Origin: Leptolyngbyaceae cyanobacterium
Lineage (GTDB): Bacteria; Cyanobacteriota; Cyanobacteriia; Phormidesmidales; Phormidesmidaceae
DNA length: 64,000 bases
Assembly: GCA_965263355.1 (NCBI GenBank)
Contig: CBDHHL010000045.1
Coordinates: 1-64,000, forward strand
Reading direction: 5' to 3'
The position numbers were made by a program, and so were the translations under genes. A model generated the notes under the pieces. It saw only the letters and a program-made list of their open reading frames with translations. It was not told the origin of the DNA and did no database searches. Shown piece after piece: positions 18,273 to 26,468 of this stretch (the first letter of the stretch is position 1; every line of letters starts with the position of its first letter).

Positions 18273-18301
18273 TTGACATCTGAAAAGAGGTTCGTTATAT
18301 T
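18273..18301 (+). promoter_or_regulatory. Sigma70-type promoter
   Basis: TTGACA-N17-TATATT. Confidence 0.65.
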
Positions 18302-18317
18302 GGGATTGTTGAAACGG

Positions 18318-18491
18318 ATGAAGAAATTTATGCTATTCGCGATCACAGTCTACGGTAGAGATGAGGTTTTAGCGCTGATCACTGCAGCGTCTCACCATGA
18401 GGCTTATGAGGCGTATCGAGCCAAGAATTACGGCAGTGCTATACCTCCTGAGCTTGACGTAATCGGAGCTGATTACATAGTCGAGTTTTAA
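18318..18491 (+). CDS. Hypothetical protein
   Basis: ATG at 18318 just after the promoter; same frame as track ORF 18258-18491. Confidence 0.5.
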   Translation: MKKFMLFAITVYGRDEVLALITAASHHEAYEAYRAKNYGSAIPPELDVIGADYIVEF

Positions 18492-18511
18492 TTACTAGGG
18501 GCAATTGCCCC

Positions 18512-18574
18512 GCTCTAATGTCGCCACGCTGAAGCTGCGTGCTAGTCCCAAGCCTAGTCAAGACAGAGGGGAGT
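18512..18574 (+). ncRNA. Twister self-cleaving ribozyme (type P1)
   Basis: P1 GCUC/GAGU, UAA cleavage loop, P2 UGUC/GACA, P3 CACGC/GCGUG, P4 CUAG/CUAG with loop UCCCAAGC, GAGGG; both pseudoknots (CCC/GGG and GC/GC) can form. Confidence 0.85.
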
Positions 18575-18692
18575 TTTTTTTGAGGAAGATCAATGGATAA
18601 TCTTTATATCATTGGCTACCTTTTGCTTCTCTTCACGGCAAATGTAGCTTTAATGTAGTTTGTTTTCAAAAAACGAGAAAGGAGAAAAAATC

Positions 18693-18875
18693 ATGAATTG
18701 GATTAGTGTTGGCGATCATAAGCCCGATGAATGGGCACCAATATTAGTATATTCGCTTGACCACGGTTACTTTGTTGCCAGCTACATTGATGGGGTCTGG
18801 GAGGATGCCAATACAATGAGAAGTTTGGATGACATGGGAATAACCCACTGGGCAGCATTAACGGTGCCTCAATAG
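18693..18875 (+). CDS. DUF551-like phage protein
   Basis: MNWISVGDHKP...ILVY...GITHW; aaggag RBS. Confidence 0.7.
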   Translation: MNWISVGDHKPDEWAPILVYSLDHGYFVASYIDGVWEDANTMRSLDDMGITHWAALTVPQ

Positions 18876-18884
18876 TTTCAAGTC

Positions 18885-18925
18885 GCCCTAGGCATGGCGT
18901 TAAACTGCCTGTGATGTTGATAACG
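18885..18925 (+). repeat. 41-bp intergenic direct repeat, copy 1
   Basis: gccctaggcatggcgttaaactgcctgtgatgttgataacg, identical at 19232-19272. Confidence 0.95.
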
Positions 18926-18936
18926 GAGAAAAGACC

Positions 18937-19224
18937 ATGGGCCAATATTTTAGACCTGTTCATGTGCCGACAAATACGGCAGTTAAAAACTTTCCATTTG
19001 TGTGTAATGGAGGCCTCACTTGGATTCCAAAGGTATTTTATTTCACAGATGAAGAGTTACTTGAAAAAACCGAGATTGTAGCTAAAGCTTATGGATGGGA
19101 TGTCAATGACATTGTTTGGGTTGGCGATTATGGGCAAGTTGTGTCCTTGAAAAACGGTGTTCGTGATAATGGCGATGGAGAGAATCACGACAATCCATTA
19201 AAAACCTTGGCTTGGGAATATTAA
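18937..19224 (+). CDS. Hypothetical protein
   Basis: MGQYF start and IVWVGDY motif; flanked by the 41-bp repeats. Confidence 0.65.
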   Translation: MGQYFRPVHVPTNTAVKNFPFVCNGGLTWIPKVFYFTDEELLEKTEIVAKAYGWDVNDIVWVGDYGQVVSLKNGVRDNGDGENHDNPLKTLAWEY

Positions 19225-19231
19225 TTTACTT

Positions 19232-19272
19232 GCCCTAGGCATGGCGTTAAACTGCCTGTGATGTTGATAACG
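19232..19272 (+). repeat. 41-bp intergenic direct repeat, copy 2
   Basis: Identical to 18885-18925. Confidence 0.95.
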
Positions 19273-19279
19273 CAGAAGA

Positions 19280-19510
19280 ATGAATAACTCACCTGAATTG
19301 CAAGGCCGCATCACCCGTGCAGCTGCCACCTATTTCCAGCGTCGGCCTTGGCAGATTGACACCATCCATAGCGATGGTGAATGGTACGTCTACTACGCTC
19401 ATGTGGCGCAGTGGCCAGCGAGAGAGCCTGTGTTAATCAAGCACAAGGCAATCGAAAGTAACGGTGAATTCTCAGTTGATGGTTTTGCGTTTGAACTTAA
19501 CGATGACTGA
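19280..19510 (+). CDS. Hypothetical protein
   Basis: 76-aa ORF directly after repeat copy 2. Confidence 0.6.
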   Translation: MNNSPELQGRITRAAATYFQRRPWQIDTIHSDGEWYVYYAHVAQWPAREPVLIKHKAIESNGEFSVDGFAFELNDD

Positions 19511-19606
19511 ATATAAAGCTGATGCCACAGGCGACTACAAAAACGATCGCGCCGCTTTAGACCAGCTAAAGCAGCGAGGGTTTGAGTGCGGCATTGACGT
19601 TGGAGG

Positions 19607-20883
19607 AAATTCTAGAAGCCTAAAACCTGAGAAAAGCTAGACAAATCTATACAGAATGTTCACAATGCTGATTGGATTTAAGACTGAATTAAAACCAAAC
19701 AACAAGCAAATCACAGCTTTCAAAAAGCATTGTGGCATTGCTCGTCATGCTTGGAACCATGCTTTAGCCCATACAAAGTTAATTTTAGATATCAACAGAT
19801 TAGCTAAGTCGCTGGGAGAGTCAGATCAAAAAGTTAAATTCCCGTCTGCAATTGACCTAAATAAATGGCATTGTAGAGAAATCAAAAAGGCTAATCCTTG
19901 GTATTACGAATGCAGTAAAGCTGCTCATCAAAACGCTATACGATCTTTACGTGTCTCATGGGATAGGTGTTTCAAGAAAATTTCAGGTCCACCAAAATTC
20001 AAGAAAAAAGGAAAATGCCGTGATACGTTCACCTTAGATGGCAGTATTTCATGCCAGCAAAAAGCCATAAAGTTACCACGCATTGGTTGGGTAAAAACGT
20101 TTGAAGAACTGCCAAATGGGTTTAAGCCTAAAAATGCAACTATCTCTAGGGACGGTTCAAAATGGTTTGTTAGTTTTCGGCTAGAAGTTGAACCTATTCA
20201 ACAAGCAAAAACCAAGCTTGCTGTAGGGATCGACTTAGGGCTAAAAACTTTTGGAACATTGTCTAATGGTGAAATCTTAGAAGCTCCAATAACTGAATAC
20301 AAAAGGATCAAGGCAAAAATAGCTAAGCTTCAATACGTAGCCAGGAACAAAACAAAAGGTTCCACCCGATGGCAAAAAGCTATGCAAAAAATTCAAAAAT
20401 TGCACTATAAAGCAAAGTGCATAAGGCTTGATTTTTTGCATAAATCAACAACCTATTTAGCTAAAAACTTTTCTGTCATATGCCTAGAAGATTTGAATAT
20501 TAAAGGCATGATGGCAAATCATAAATTAGCAGGTGCCATTAGTTTGATGGGGTGGCATGAATTCAGACGCCAACTTGAATACAAATGCAAGCTTTATGAG
20601 TCTGAATTGGTCTTTATTTCGCGCTGGGAACCAAGTTCAAAAACATGTTCTCAATGCGGATGGAAAAAAGAAGATTTAACTCTAAAGGATAGAATATTTG
20701 ACTGTAAAAATTGCGGTTCAAAGCTGGACAGAGATTTTAATGCAGCTCTAAATATTCTGAAAATAGGACTCGGCTTGAGTTCTTTAAGAAACGTGGATAC
20801 AGTAGCGCCGACGCCTGTAGTTGAAGCGTTTAGTAAACAACTAATCCTAGATGTCTAGGTTTGTATAGGTTTTATGAAGCAGG
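19607..20883 (+). mobile_element. Non-autonomous IS607-type tnpB element
   Basis: GG at both junctions; subterminal motifs taaaacct, ctagaca and ctataca at the left end recur inverted at the right end; no tnpA. Confidence 0.75.
19656..20858 (+). CDS. tnpB: TnpB RNA-guided endonuclease
   Basis: RuvC GIDLG / LEDL / DRDFNAA, Zn ribbon CSQC..CKNC, N-terminal KTELKPN. Confidence 0.93.
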   Translation: MFTMLIGFKTELKPNNKQITAFKKHCGIARHAWNHALAHTKLILDINRLAKSLGESDQKVKFPSAIDLNKWHCREIKKANPWYYECSKAAHQNAIRSLRVSWDRCFKKISGPPKFKKKGKCRDTFTLDGSISCQQKAIKLPRIGWVKTFEELPNGFKPKNATISRDGSKWFVSFRLEVEPIQQAKTKLAVGIDLGLKTFGTLSNGEILEAPITEYKRIKAKIAKLQYVARNKTKGSTRWQKAMQKIQKLHYKAKCIRLDFLHKSTTYLAKNFSVICLEDLNIKGMMANHKLAGAISLMGWHEFRRQLEYKCKLYESELVFISRWEPSSKTCSQCGWKKEDLTLKDRIFDCKNCGSKLDRDFNAALNILKIGLGLSSLRNVDTVAPTPVVEAFSKQLILDV

Positions 20884-21002
20884 CTTATGGTTTCTGACTG
20901 AGCCGGATCAACTTTGGCGGGCTAAAAACGTTCTGAGTGAATACGGGTTAGAGGTTGTCGAGGAAACAACCGCGAGGCTGTTAGCAATGGAGCAGTTTGA
21001 TA

Positions 21003-21392
21003 ATGACTAAATACTTCCCAACACGGACGATCACAACACTCGTCAGCGGGAAAATGATGCTACCAAAAGGCATTCACTTTTATAGCGGTTGCGCTGATTT
21101 ATTTGACTGGCTAACTCAGGACAAGCAAACCAACGCTGCTTTTTTTAATAGAGGAGCTGTTTGGTGTCAGTCCGTTTTAGCAGAGCAGTATCCAGAGTTT
21201 ATTAATTTAGATTGTGGCAGAGGTCGAGAAGCCGTAGATAAATTTGTTGCTGAGTTAGAAGCGCAATATGGAACTGAGTTACCTGTACAACCAGCTGATA
21301 GGCCATTCCTGAAGCTTGAACTCATCGAAGAATGGCCCAACGCTAAAGGGATATCAATAGACGAAGCAAAAAAATCTAGCTTCATCGTCTGA
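21003..21392 (+). CDS. Hypothetical phage protein
   Basis: ATG at 21003 is coupled to the reconstructed upstream gene. Confidence 0.6.
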   Translation: MTKYFPTRTITTLVSGKMMLPKGIHFYSGCADLFDWLTQDKQTNAAFFNRGAVWCQSVLAEQYPEFINLDCGRGREAVDKFVAELEAQYGTELPVQPADRPFLKLELIEEWPNAKGISIDEAKKSSFIV

Positions 21393-21444
21393 TTTCAAAC
21401 AATTTCAACTGTAAAAATAATTACATTACACTGAGAGGGGAAAA

Positions 21445-21888
21445 ATGAAAAAACTAATCACAGCAGCGATCGCTTTTAACCTTTTTATGGCCACTACGGC
21501 CAACGCGTTACCCGTCTGCTACAGCATGACTGAAGACGGAGACATTACTGACCTGTCCCATATGTGTCCAGCATCTGAGCAGCCAGTAACGATCTCTGCT
21601 AGACGAGCACCTGAACCCGCAGTGGAAGCTGCCATAGAATCACCTAAAGCTACCTTTCAAGTCCGTCGCATTAATAGAGCCAATTGGACGGCGACTGGGA
21701 CGGTTAGTTTTTCGAGAACTGCTGCTAACCCAGGCGATCGCGTAGTTCCGTATTTGCGATATGCAGGCGTAGAAGAGTTAACATCTCTGCCTGCAGTAAC
21801 ATATATTCGTGGGGATCGTAGAACGGATATTACGTTCAGCGTAATTCCAGGCACCAGCCTTGGTGAGGTGGAAGGTGGTGTACGTTAA
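21445..21888 (+). CDS. Secreted hypothetical protein
   Basis: Signal peptide MKKLITAAIA...ANA; CY...G...DL..MC motif. Confidence 0.65.
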   Translation: MKKLITAAIAFNLFMATTANALPVCYSMTEDGDITDLSHMCPASEQPVTISARRAPEPAVEAAIESPKATFQVRRINRANWTATGTVSFSRTAANPGDRVVPYLRYAGVEELTSLPAVTYIRGDRRTDITFSVIPGTSLGEVEGGVR

Positions 21889-22174
21889 ACAAAAGTTAAT
21901 CACAGTAGTTGGATGTACTCCTGGTGAGGCTGATGATTTCATTCAAGAATTTGGTTTAAGCAAAACTGAGATTGCTTTAGATTTAATGCTTTGCGGAATG
22001 TCTATAGACGATGCTAAAGCAGCGGTAAACATAGATATTGACAATCACTTGTCTAACTCATTTGTCAGGGCAATTATTTTGCAAAGTTACAATCAAAAAC
22101 AAGACCAAAAACTGGAATTAATTAAAGATACTTTGGCCAAACTAGAAGAATGGAAAAATCATACTCTCAGTTAA
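21860..22174 (+). CDS. Hypothetical protein
   Basis: ORF overlapping both neighbours; start uncertain. Confidence 0.45.
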   Translation: MVRWKVVYVKQKLITVVGCTPGEADDFIQEFGLSKTEIALDLMLCGMSIDDAKAAVNIDIDNHLSNSFVRAIILQSYNQKQDQKLELIKDTLAKLEEWKNHTLS

Positions 22175-22701
22175 TTTTTAAGGAAATAAAGCAGATGAAT
22201 AAGAATGCTTTAATTGCGATCGCTTGCACAGTCGGTGCCATTGGCTTAACTGTGGGTACCTTAGTCACACAAAAAGTCCAGGCAGACGCTAGACGAGAAA
22301 AAATCCATGAGGCTTGGTTAGAACGCCAAGCAAATCCTGAACAGTATCAAGCAGAGATAGCGGCTAAGGTTGAAGCTACTAAACAGGAACAGGACAAAAA
22401 AGGTTTTGACGCTGCTGAGATTCAATCCTTTAGGGAAACAGTTGCAGCTGTCGATCCGAATGGTCTTGTTATCAAGGATATCCGGGTTGATACAGTGCGC
22501 CCAGTGGTTTCGATTACCGGCACTGCTGCATTGTTTGCCCAAAGCGACTTGCAGTTAAAAGAAATCGCTATGAATCTTCAGAGTATTTCTGATAAAACTT
22601 GTAATTGCACATCGCTGGTAGTTTTCAAAACACAAGCTGGCCAAACTGTGGTTAAGTCTGGCATGTTTGGGGGGGTTGATATTGTGGCTAAAAATCGATA
22701 A
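22150..22701 (+). CDS. Membrane-anchored hypothetical protein
   Basis: Hydrophobic ALIAIACTVGAIGLTVGTLV segment followed by a coiled coil. Confidence 0.55.
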   Translation: MEKSYSQLIFKEIKQMNKNALIAIACTVGAIGLTVGTLVTQKVQADARREKIHEAWLERQANPEQYQAEIAAKVEATKQEQDKKGFDAAEIQSFRETVAAVDPNGLVIKDIRVDTVRPVVSITGTAALFAQSDLQLKEIAMNLQSISDKTCNCTSLVVFKTQAGQTVVKSGMFGGVDIVAKNR

Positions 22702-23105
22702 TGGCAATCAGTAACTTCGGTCTATACCCAACTTCTATTATTTTTCAACTACCCACTGTTATAACTGATGATTTTGAGGGTGGCTCCGCTGATGGCCTAA
22801 CTGCTGTCACGGTGCCATGCCGGGTTAAAGTAGCGACTCAAAATAGAGCAAGCCAGTTCAACATTAGTGCGTTTGAAGGCACTAATAATAATAGTGTGAT
22901 GCTACTTGGTTGGTGCGGCACTGAAGCTGCGCTAACTGAGTATTTATTCCCTAATAATCTTAGGGGATGGCCTGAACCACCGACTGGGACGATGGAATTA
23001 AACGGGATTAGCGGCAAAGTTGAAGTGCTCATTCAACCGTTCGCGATCGCTGATGCGGCCCCTGGCATTGGCGAACGGTTTATTGCAAGATGGACAGCTA
23101 GCTGA
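22701..23105 (+). CDS. Putative head-closure/connector protein
   Basis: 134-aa beta-rich protein at the start of the tail module; synteny only. Confidence 0.4.
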   Translation: MAISNFGLYPTSIIFQLPTVITDDFEGGSADGLTAVTVPCRVKVATQNRASQFNISAFEGTNNNSVMLLGWCGTEAALTEYLFPNNLRGWPEPPTGTMELNGISGKVEVLIQPFAIADAAPGIGERFIARWTAS

Positions 23106-23508
23106 GCATACAAATTTCTTGGCCTAGTTCACGCAATGGGACGCTAGCAAATCGGCTAGCAAATGTTAAAGATTCAAACGTCATCACCAAATGATCCCCC
23201 TCACATCGCCCAAGATCCTTCATCACTCCAGAAGGGCCATAGTTAGTAGCCAGTCGAATTTCATAGCTCGGTAGTAAAATGCTTGGATCGGTGTCCAGCT
23301 CACAGTGATCAGCACCGCCATTAAAGATTCCGGTTATACATCGGTACATTCCATATGTCGAATAAAGCCCCCACCCTGTTAAGAAAGGGAGTCTAACCCC
23401 ATTAATATAGAATTGAACATTTTTCCCATCGACCACTGTGTCTGGACCTGCACAGATATTCAATGGGATTTTTAATGTGCTAATTTTTGAGGTACTTAAT
23501 TTAATCAT
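23098..23508 (-). CDS. Hypothetical protein
   Basis: Antisense insert in the tail module; coupled to 23501-23854. Confidence 0.45.
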   Translation of the reverse strand: MIKLSTSKISTLKIPLNICAGPDTVVDGKNVQFYINGVRLPFLTGWGLYSTYGMYRCITGIFNGGADHCELDTDPSILLPSYEIRLATNYGPSGVMKDLGRCEGDHLVMTFESLTFASRFASVPLRELGQEICMLS

Positions 23509-23854
23509 TTATTCCTTGCTCCCAAACTTCCTCAGAGATTTTATACGGTTCGCCTTGGTGCCTAGCCCACACAAGCACTAAGCCTTTTTGAATAGAAACC
23601 CGTTGTACTTCACTAGGCTGCAATTCCCGGTTTAATCGCTCATTGGCACTGACTAACTTGGCAGCTTTTCTAAACAACGCTACACGACTGCTGCCTAATA
23701 AATGAAGATGCAAGATATTGACCATAAGATCCATGGTCCCGGTCTGAGTATTGACCCCAAAGTAATCTTTTAACTCTGAAAACCGCTTCAAGGTTTTTCT
23801 AGACAAATGACCGGCTCTTATTTCGCCAGTTTTTTCAGGCAAGTTGCCAGCCAT
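23501..23854 (-). CDS. Hypothetical, possibly DNA-binding protein
   Basis: Likely start MAGNLPEK at 23854; basic composition. Confidence 0.5.
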   Translation of the reverse strand: MAGNLPEKTGEIRAGHLSRKTLKRFSELKDYFGVNTQTGTMDLMVNILHLHLLGSSRVALFRKAAKLVSANERLNRELQPSEVQRVSIQKGLVLVWARHQGEPYKISEEVWEQGIND

Positions 23855-23918
23855 GAAAAAAAATCCAAGATACTTGGAAATTTTAACATATTGCCAAAAA
23901 TGACTGTAGGCTGCAATT

Positions 23919-24311
23919 ATGGCAGTCCTAAATTTCGACAGAACAGCGTTTAATCGTGGCCTTGATAGGGGGCTACGAGGTTTTGCTGTAGATATGGATA
24001 GGTTGCTAACTGAATCAATTGAGCAACCGTTGTATCCATGGCCAGGGTTCACTAAACGGAAGTCTGGTGAAGAAGTTTTTAGTCCTAGAAATATTGTGGA
24101 CTTGGGAGAATTTAGGGACTCGCAGCAATATAGTTTCCCTTCCCAATTGACTATTTTATTTGAATGGACTGCTCAACATTCAGTATTTGTATTTAACGGG
24201 TTCACGACTCGTAGCGGCTCAACGTATCCCGCTCGTAATCCAGTATTACAGACAGTAGAACAATATGACTTGGCTGCTGTCCTGGCTCAGCAATTACGGG
24301 AGGTGTTCTGA
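23919..24311 (+). CDS. Tail completion protein (HK97 gp10-like)
   Basis: WPGFTKRKSG..V.SPRNIVDLGEFRDS...PARN motif. Confidence 0.65.
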   Translation: MAVLNFDRTAFNRGLDRGLRGFAVDMDRLLTESIEQPLYPWPGFTKRKSGEEVFSPRNIVDLGEFRDSQQYSFPSQLTILFEWTAQHSVFVFNGFTTRSGSTYPARNPVLQTVEQYDLAAVLAQQLREVF

Positions 24312-24754
24312 TGCCTGTAATTAGCATTGCCCAGATTAGAGACCAAGTTCAGACCCTAATGACTCCCTATCTGGGAACTCGTACGTATGTTACAGCTACG
24401 GGTACTCAGACATTGCCGTCGTTGGTGTTGGACTATGGCAAAACTCAAGACGTTGGTGGCATTCAATGGCAGAGGCAACCTAAGAGTTTAGAAGGCTTGG
24501 AGGTTGTTATTACGCCTCAGCAGCAAGCAACGCTTACACAGTTTTATTCTCAACAGCTTGGCTTGGAATATACGACTACTATCACGCTAAAACAGTGGGA
24601 CGAAGCGGGCACGGTAGCGGCTGCTGCTGCTGCGTTGATTAGTGGCATGGGCTATCTGTTTCAGGCTGGAGTGTCGGTTAAGACGCCAAGGGATTCAAGA
24701 CTCGACACGATTGAGTCTGAGAGTTTTCGAATTGTCCATCAAATCAGGAGTTAA
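24311..24754 (+). CDS. Putative tail terminator
   Basis: Position between the gp10-like gene and the tail tube gene. Confidence 0.45.
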   Translation: MPVISIAQIRDQVQTLMTPYLGTRTYVTATGTQTLPSLVLDYGKTQDVGGIQWQRQPKSLEGLEVVITPQQQATLTQFYSQQLGLEYTTTITLKQWDEAGTVAAAAAALISGMGYLFQAGVSVKTPRDSRLDTIESESFRIVHQIRS

Positions 24755-24759
24755 TCACT

Positions 24760-25470
24760 ATGCCAGGTGCTGGTAATAATCCGCTGTTAATGCCCGACTC
24801 ACGGGAGACAAAAATCTTTGCAGCTTTAGTAACAAATAATACAAGCGTGCCCGGTCGGATTGCGCCGATCACTTTAACACTGGGCGCTGCTTTTACGGCT
24901 ACAACTACCGGAACCGCGTCAACGATGACTGCGAGCGCTGCTCCTACAGTGCCGATCATTGCGGGGACAGTATTGCGGTTTGTCGATGCAGCTGGATCTT
25001 ATATGGCCATTGTCACGGCTGATAGTAACGATGGGAGCAATATTGAACTGACTGCTAATGAAAATATTCCTAACAGCGCGGTTGCCAATTGGCCCGGTGA
25101 GGTTGATTTGATTACGTCTCACAACCTGGGGGTCCAGACCACGCTGAACAATGTTTCGACATATCAGCACATTGGTTCTGGTGAATCTTCCCGTCAGGAT
25201 ACGACTAGAACTTTCACGATCGCGGCTAACTTATCTGAGTATTCCAGCGGGCAACGGATTTTACGCTATGCCGTGAATGCTGAGAATGACGTTTATCTCG
25301 AAGTTCAAGACCCGAACCCTGATGCCGTCACGTTTAGCACTCCACCGTTATCGTTTGGTGTTGCTCGAATGTCGGACGGTTCTAAGGATGGTCAGAACGG
25401 GAACAAACTTGCCCTATCTCTTAATGGCACGTTCTCTGGCGCTGTGACCGAACTTGAGGCTGCTGCTTAG
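24760..25470 (+). CDS. Major tail tube protein
   Basis: 236 aa ending LSLNGTFSG; followed by chaperones and tape measure. Confidence 0.65.
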   Translation: MPGAGNNPLLMPDSRETKIFAALVTNNTSVPGRIAPITLTLGAAFTATTTGTASTMTASAAPTVPIIAGTVLRFVDAAGSYMAIVTADSNDGSNIELTANENIPNSAVANWPGEVDLITSHNLGVQTTLNNVSTYQHIGSGESSRQDTTRTFTIAANLSEYSSGQRILRYAVNAENDVYLEVQDPNPDAVTFSTPPLSFGVARMSDGSKDGQNGNKLALSLNGTFSGAVTELEAAA

Positions 25471-25727
25471 TGAAGATTCAAGCCTTGCAAAACCAGCATA
25501 TTTTCATGCTTGGCTGCACAGTTGAGGGGTCAAGGCTAAGGGCATTACTTAGCTTTACTAAACCTAAAATGTGTGCTGGTTTTGCAGGGCAAGAGGCGTT
25601 ACTGGTTGAACCGTATCGGCAGAACAATACTGAAATTGTTGTTGTGATGCCGAGTGACTTAGAAGCAATTTATACATACTTAGACTTGGAGGTTATTCGT
25701 TGTGACTCAGACCTTATGGGAAATTAA
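25470..25727 (+). CDS. Hypothetical tail-region protein
   Basis: 85-aa ORF coupled to its neighbours. Confidence 0.5.
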   Translation: MKIQALQNQHIFMLGCTVEGSRLRALLSFTKPKMCAGFAGQEALLVEPYRQNNTEIVVVMPSDLEAIYTYLDLEVIRCDSDLMGN

Positions 25728-26205
25728 ATCAGTAGATCGCGTGATTCGGGTGCCTGGGATGCCCCCGGTCACTGTTCCGGTTTATCCGTCCTTATTAGTG
25801 GCAGAGGAAGAATATTTCCAGAGTCTTAGGGATAACGAAGAGATTAGCGATAAGCGATTGATGGACCTGTTAGTTGCGTTTTGCCTTAAACATCGTGGCG
25901 TACTTGGCGATGATGTCCCTACTGAAAAGATTATTGCAAATACTCCCAGGCCATTGGCTGAAGCTTTGTTTAGCTTATTTATCTATGGCTTGCCAGGGAA
26001 GCGAATAAATCCAACTGAGTATATTTACGATCCTGAAACTGAGTTGGGAAACGACGAAAATCAGAGCCAATCGACTGGGGAAAACTCTGTTGGCAACTCC
26101 AGCGCTGGTATCCAGGCTGCGAATATTTCAGGCCTGCCCAGTTTAGAAACTGTCCGTCAAAACTCGCCTTGGATGCCGCCAGAGTCTGGCGCGATGACCG
26201 CATAG
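25702..26205 (+). CDS. Tail assembly chaperone (gpG-like)
   Basis: Before the tape measure; contains an in-frame G GGA AAC slippery heptamer. Confidence 0.7.
   Translation: MTQTLWEIKSVDRVIRVPGMPPVTVPVYPSLLVAEEEYFQSLRDNEEISDKRLMDLLVAFCLKHRGVLGDDVPTEKIIANTPRPLAEALFSLFIYGLPGKRINPTEYIYDPETELGNDENQSQSTGENSVGNSSAGIQAANISGLPSLETVRQNSPWMPPESGAMTA
26046..26052 (+). promoter_or_regulatory. Programmed -1 ribosomal frameshift site
   Basis: X XXY YYZ heptamer G GGA AAC; the -1 frame is open from here to 26468. Confidence 0.75.
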
Positions 26206-26468
26206 CCGAGCTAGCTGAGGAAGCCACGGCGACTAGTGAGGTTGCGGCATTAATCGCACGGGCGAATTTTAAGAACGCTGAAGACGCCAGCGCGACTGAT
26301 TTTAATCGTTGGGGATTAACCCAACGTAAGAATGAGCTTGCTAAGACTATCCCTCCTGAAGCTGCAAAAATCTATGTGAAGTTGCTGAAGAAAAGCCGAG
26401 TGCCGGATTGGGTCAGGGCGATTATGTCTGAACGCGATATGACGTTATTAGCAGGAAAAGTTGAATAG
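26046..26468 (+). CDS. Tail assembly chaperone, frameshifted part (gpT-like)
   Basis: -1 frame reads GKRRKSEPIDWGKLCWQLQRWYP... and continues into track ORF 26169-26468. Confidence 0.7.
   Translation, partial: GKRRKSEPIDWGKLCWQLQRWYPGCEYFRPAQFRNCPSKLALDAARVWRDDRIAELAEEATATSEVAALIARANFKNAEDASATDFNRWGLTQRKNELAKTIPPEAAKIYVKLLKKSRVPDWVRAIMSERDMTLLAGKVE

Larger units (their letters stand above)
19503..21010 (+). pseudogene. 76-aa gene split by the IS607-like insertion
   Basis: Joining 19503-19606 to 20884-21010 restores MTEYKAD...DVGG|LWFLTEPD...FDND*; overlaps both neighbours (ATGACTGA and ATGACTAA). Confidence 0.75.

Noticed and set aside
18885..19272. 41-bp repeat pair as a CRISPR array
   Set aside because: Only two copies, separated by about 306 bp containing a full ORF; no cas genes
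19607..19655. IStron (group I intron fused to the IS607 element)
   Set aside because: Only about 50 bp precede tnpB, too short for a group I intron core
23855..24052. N-terminal extension of ORF 23501-24052
   Set aside because: Antisense to the gp10-like tail gene; a better ATG exists at 23854
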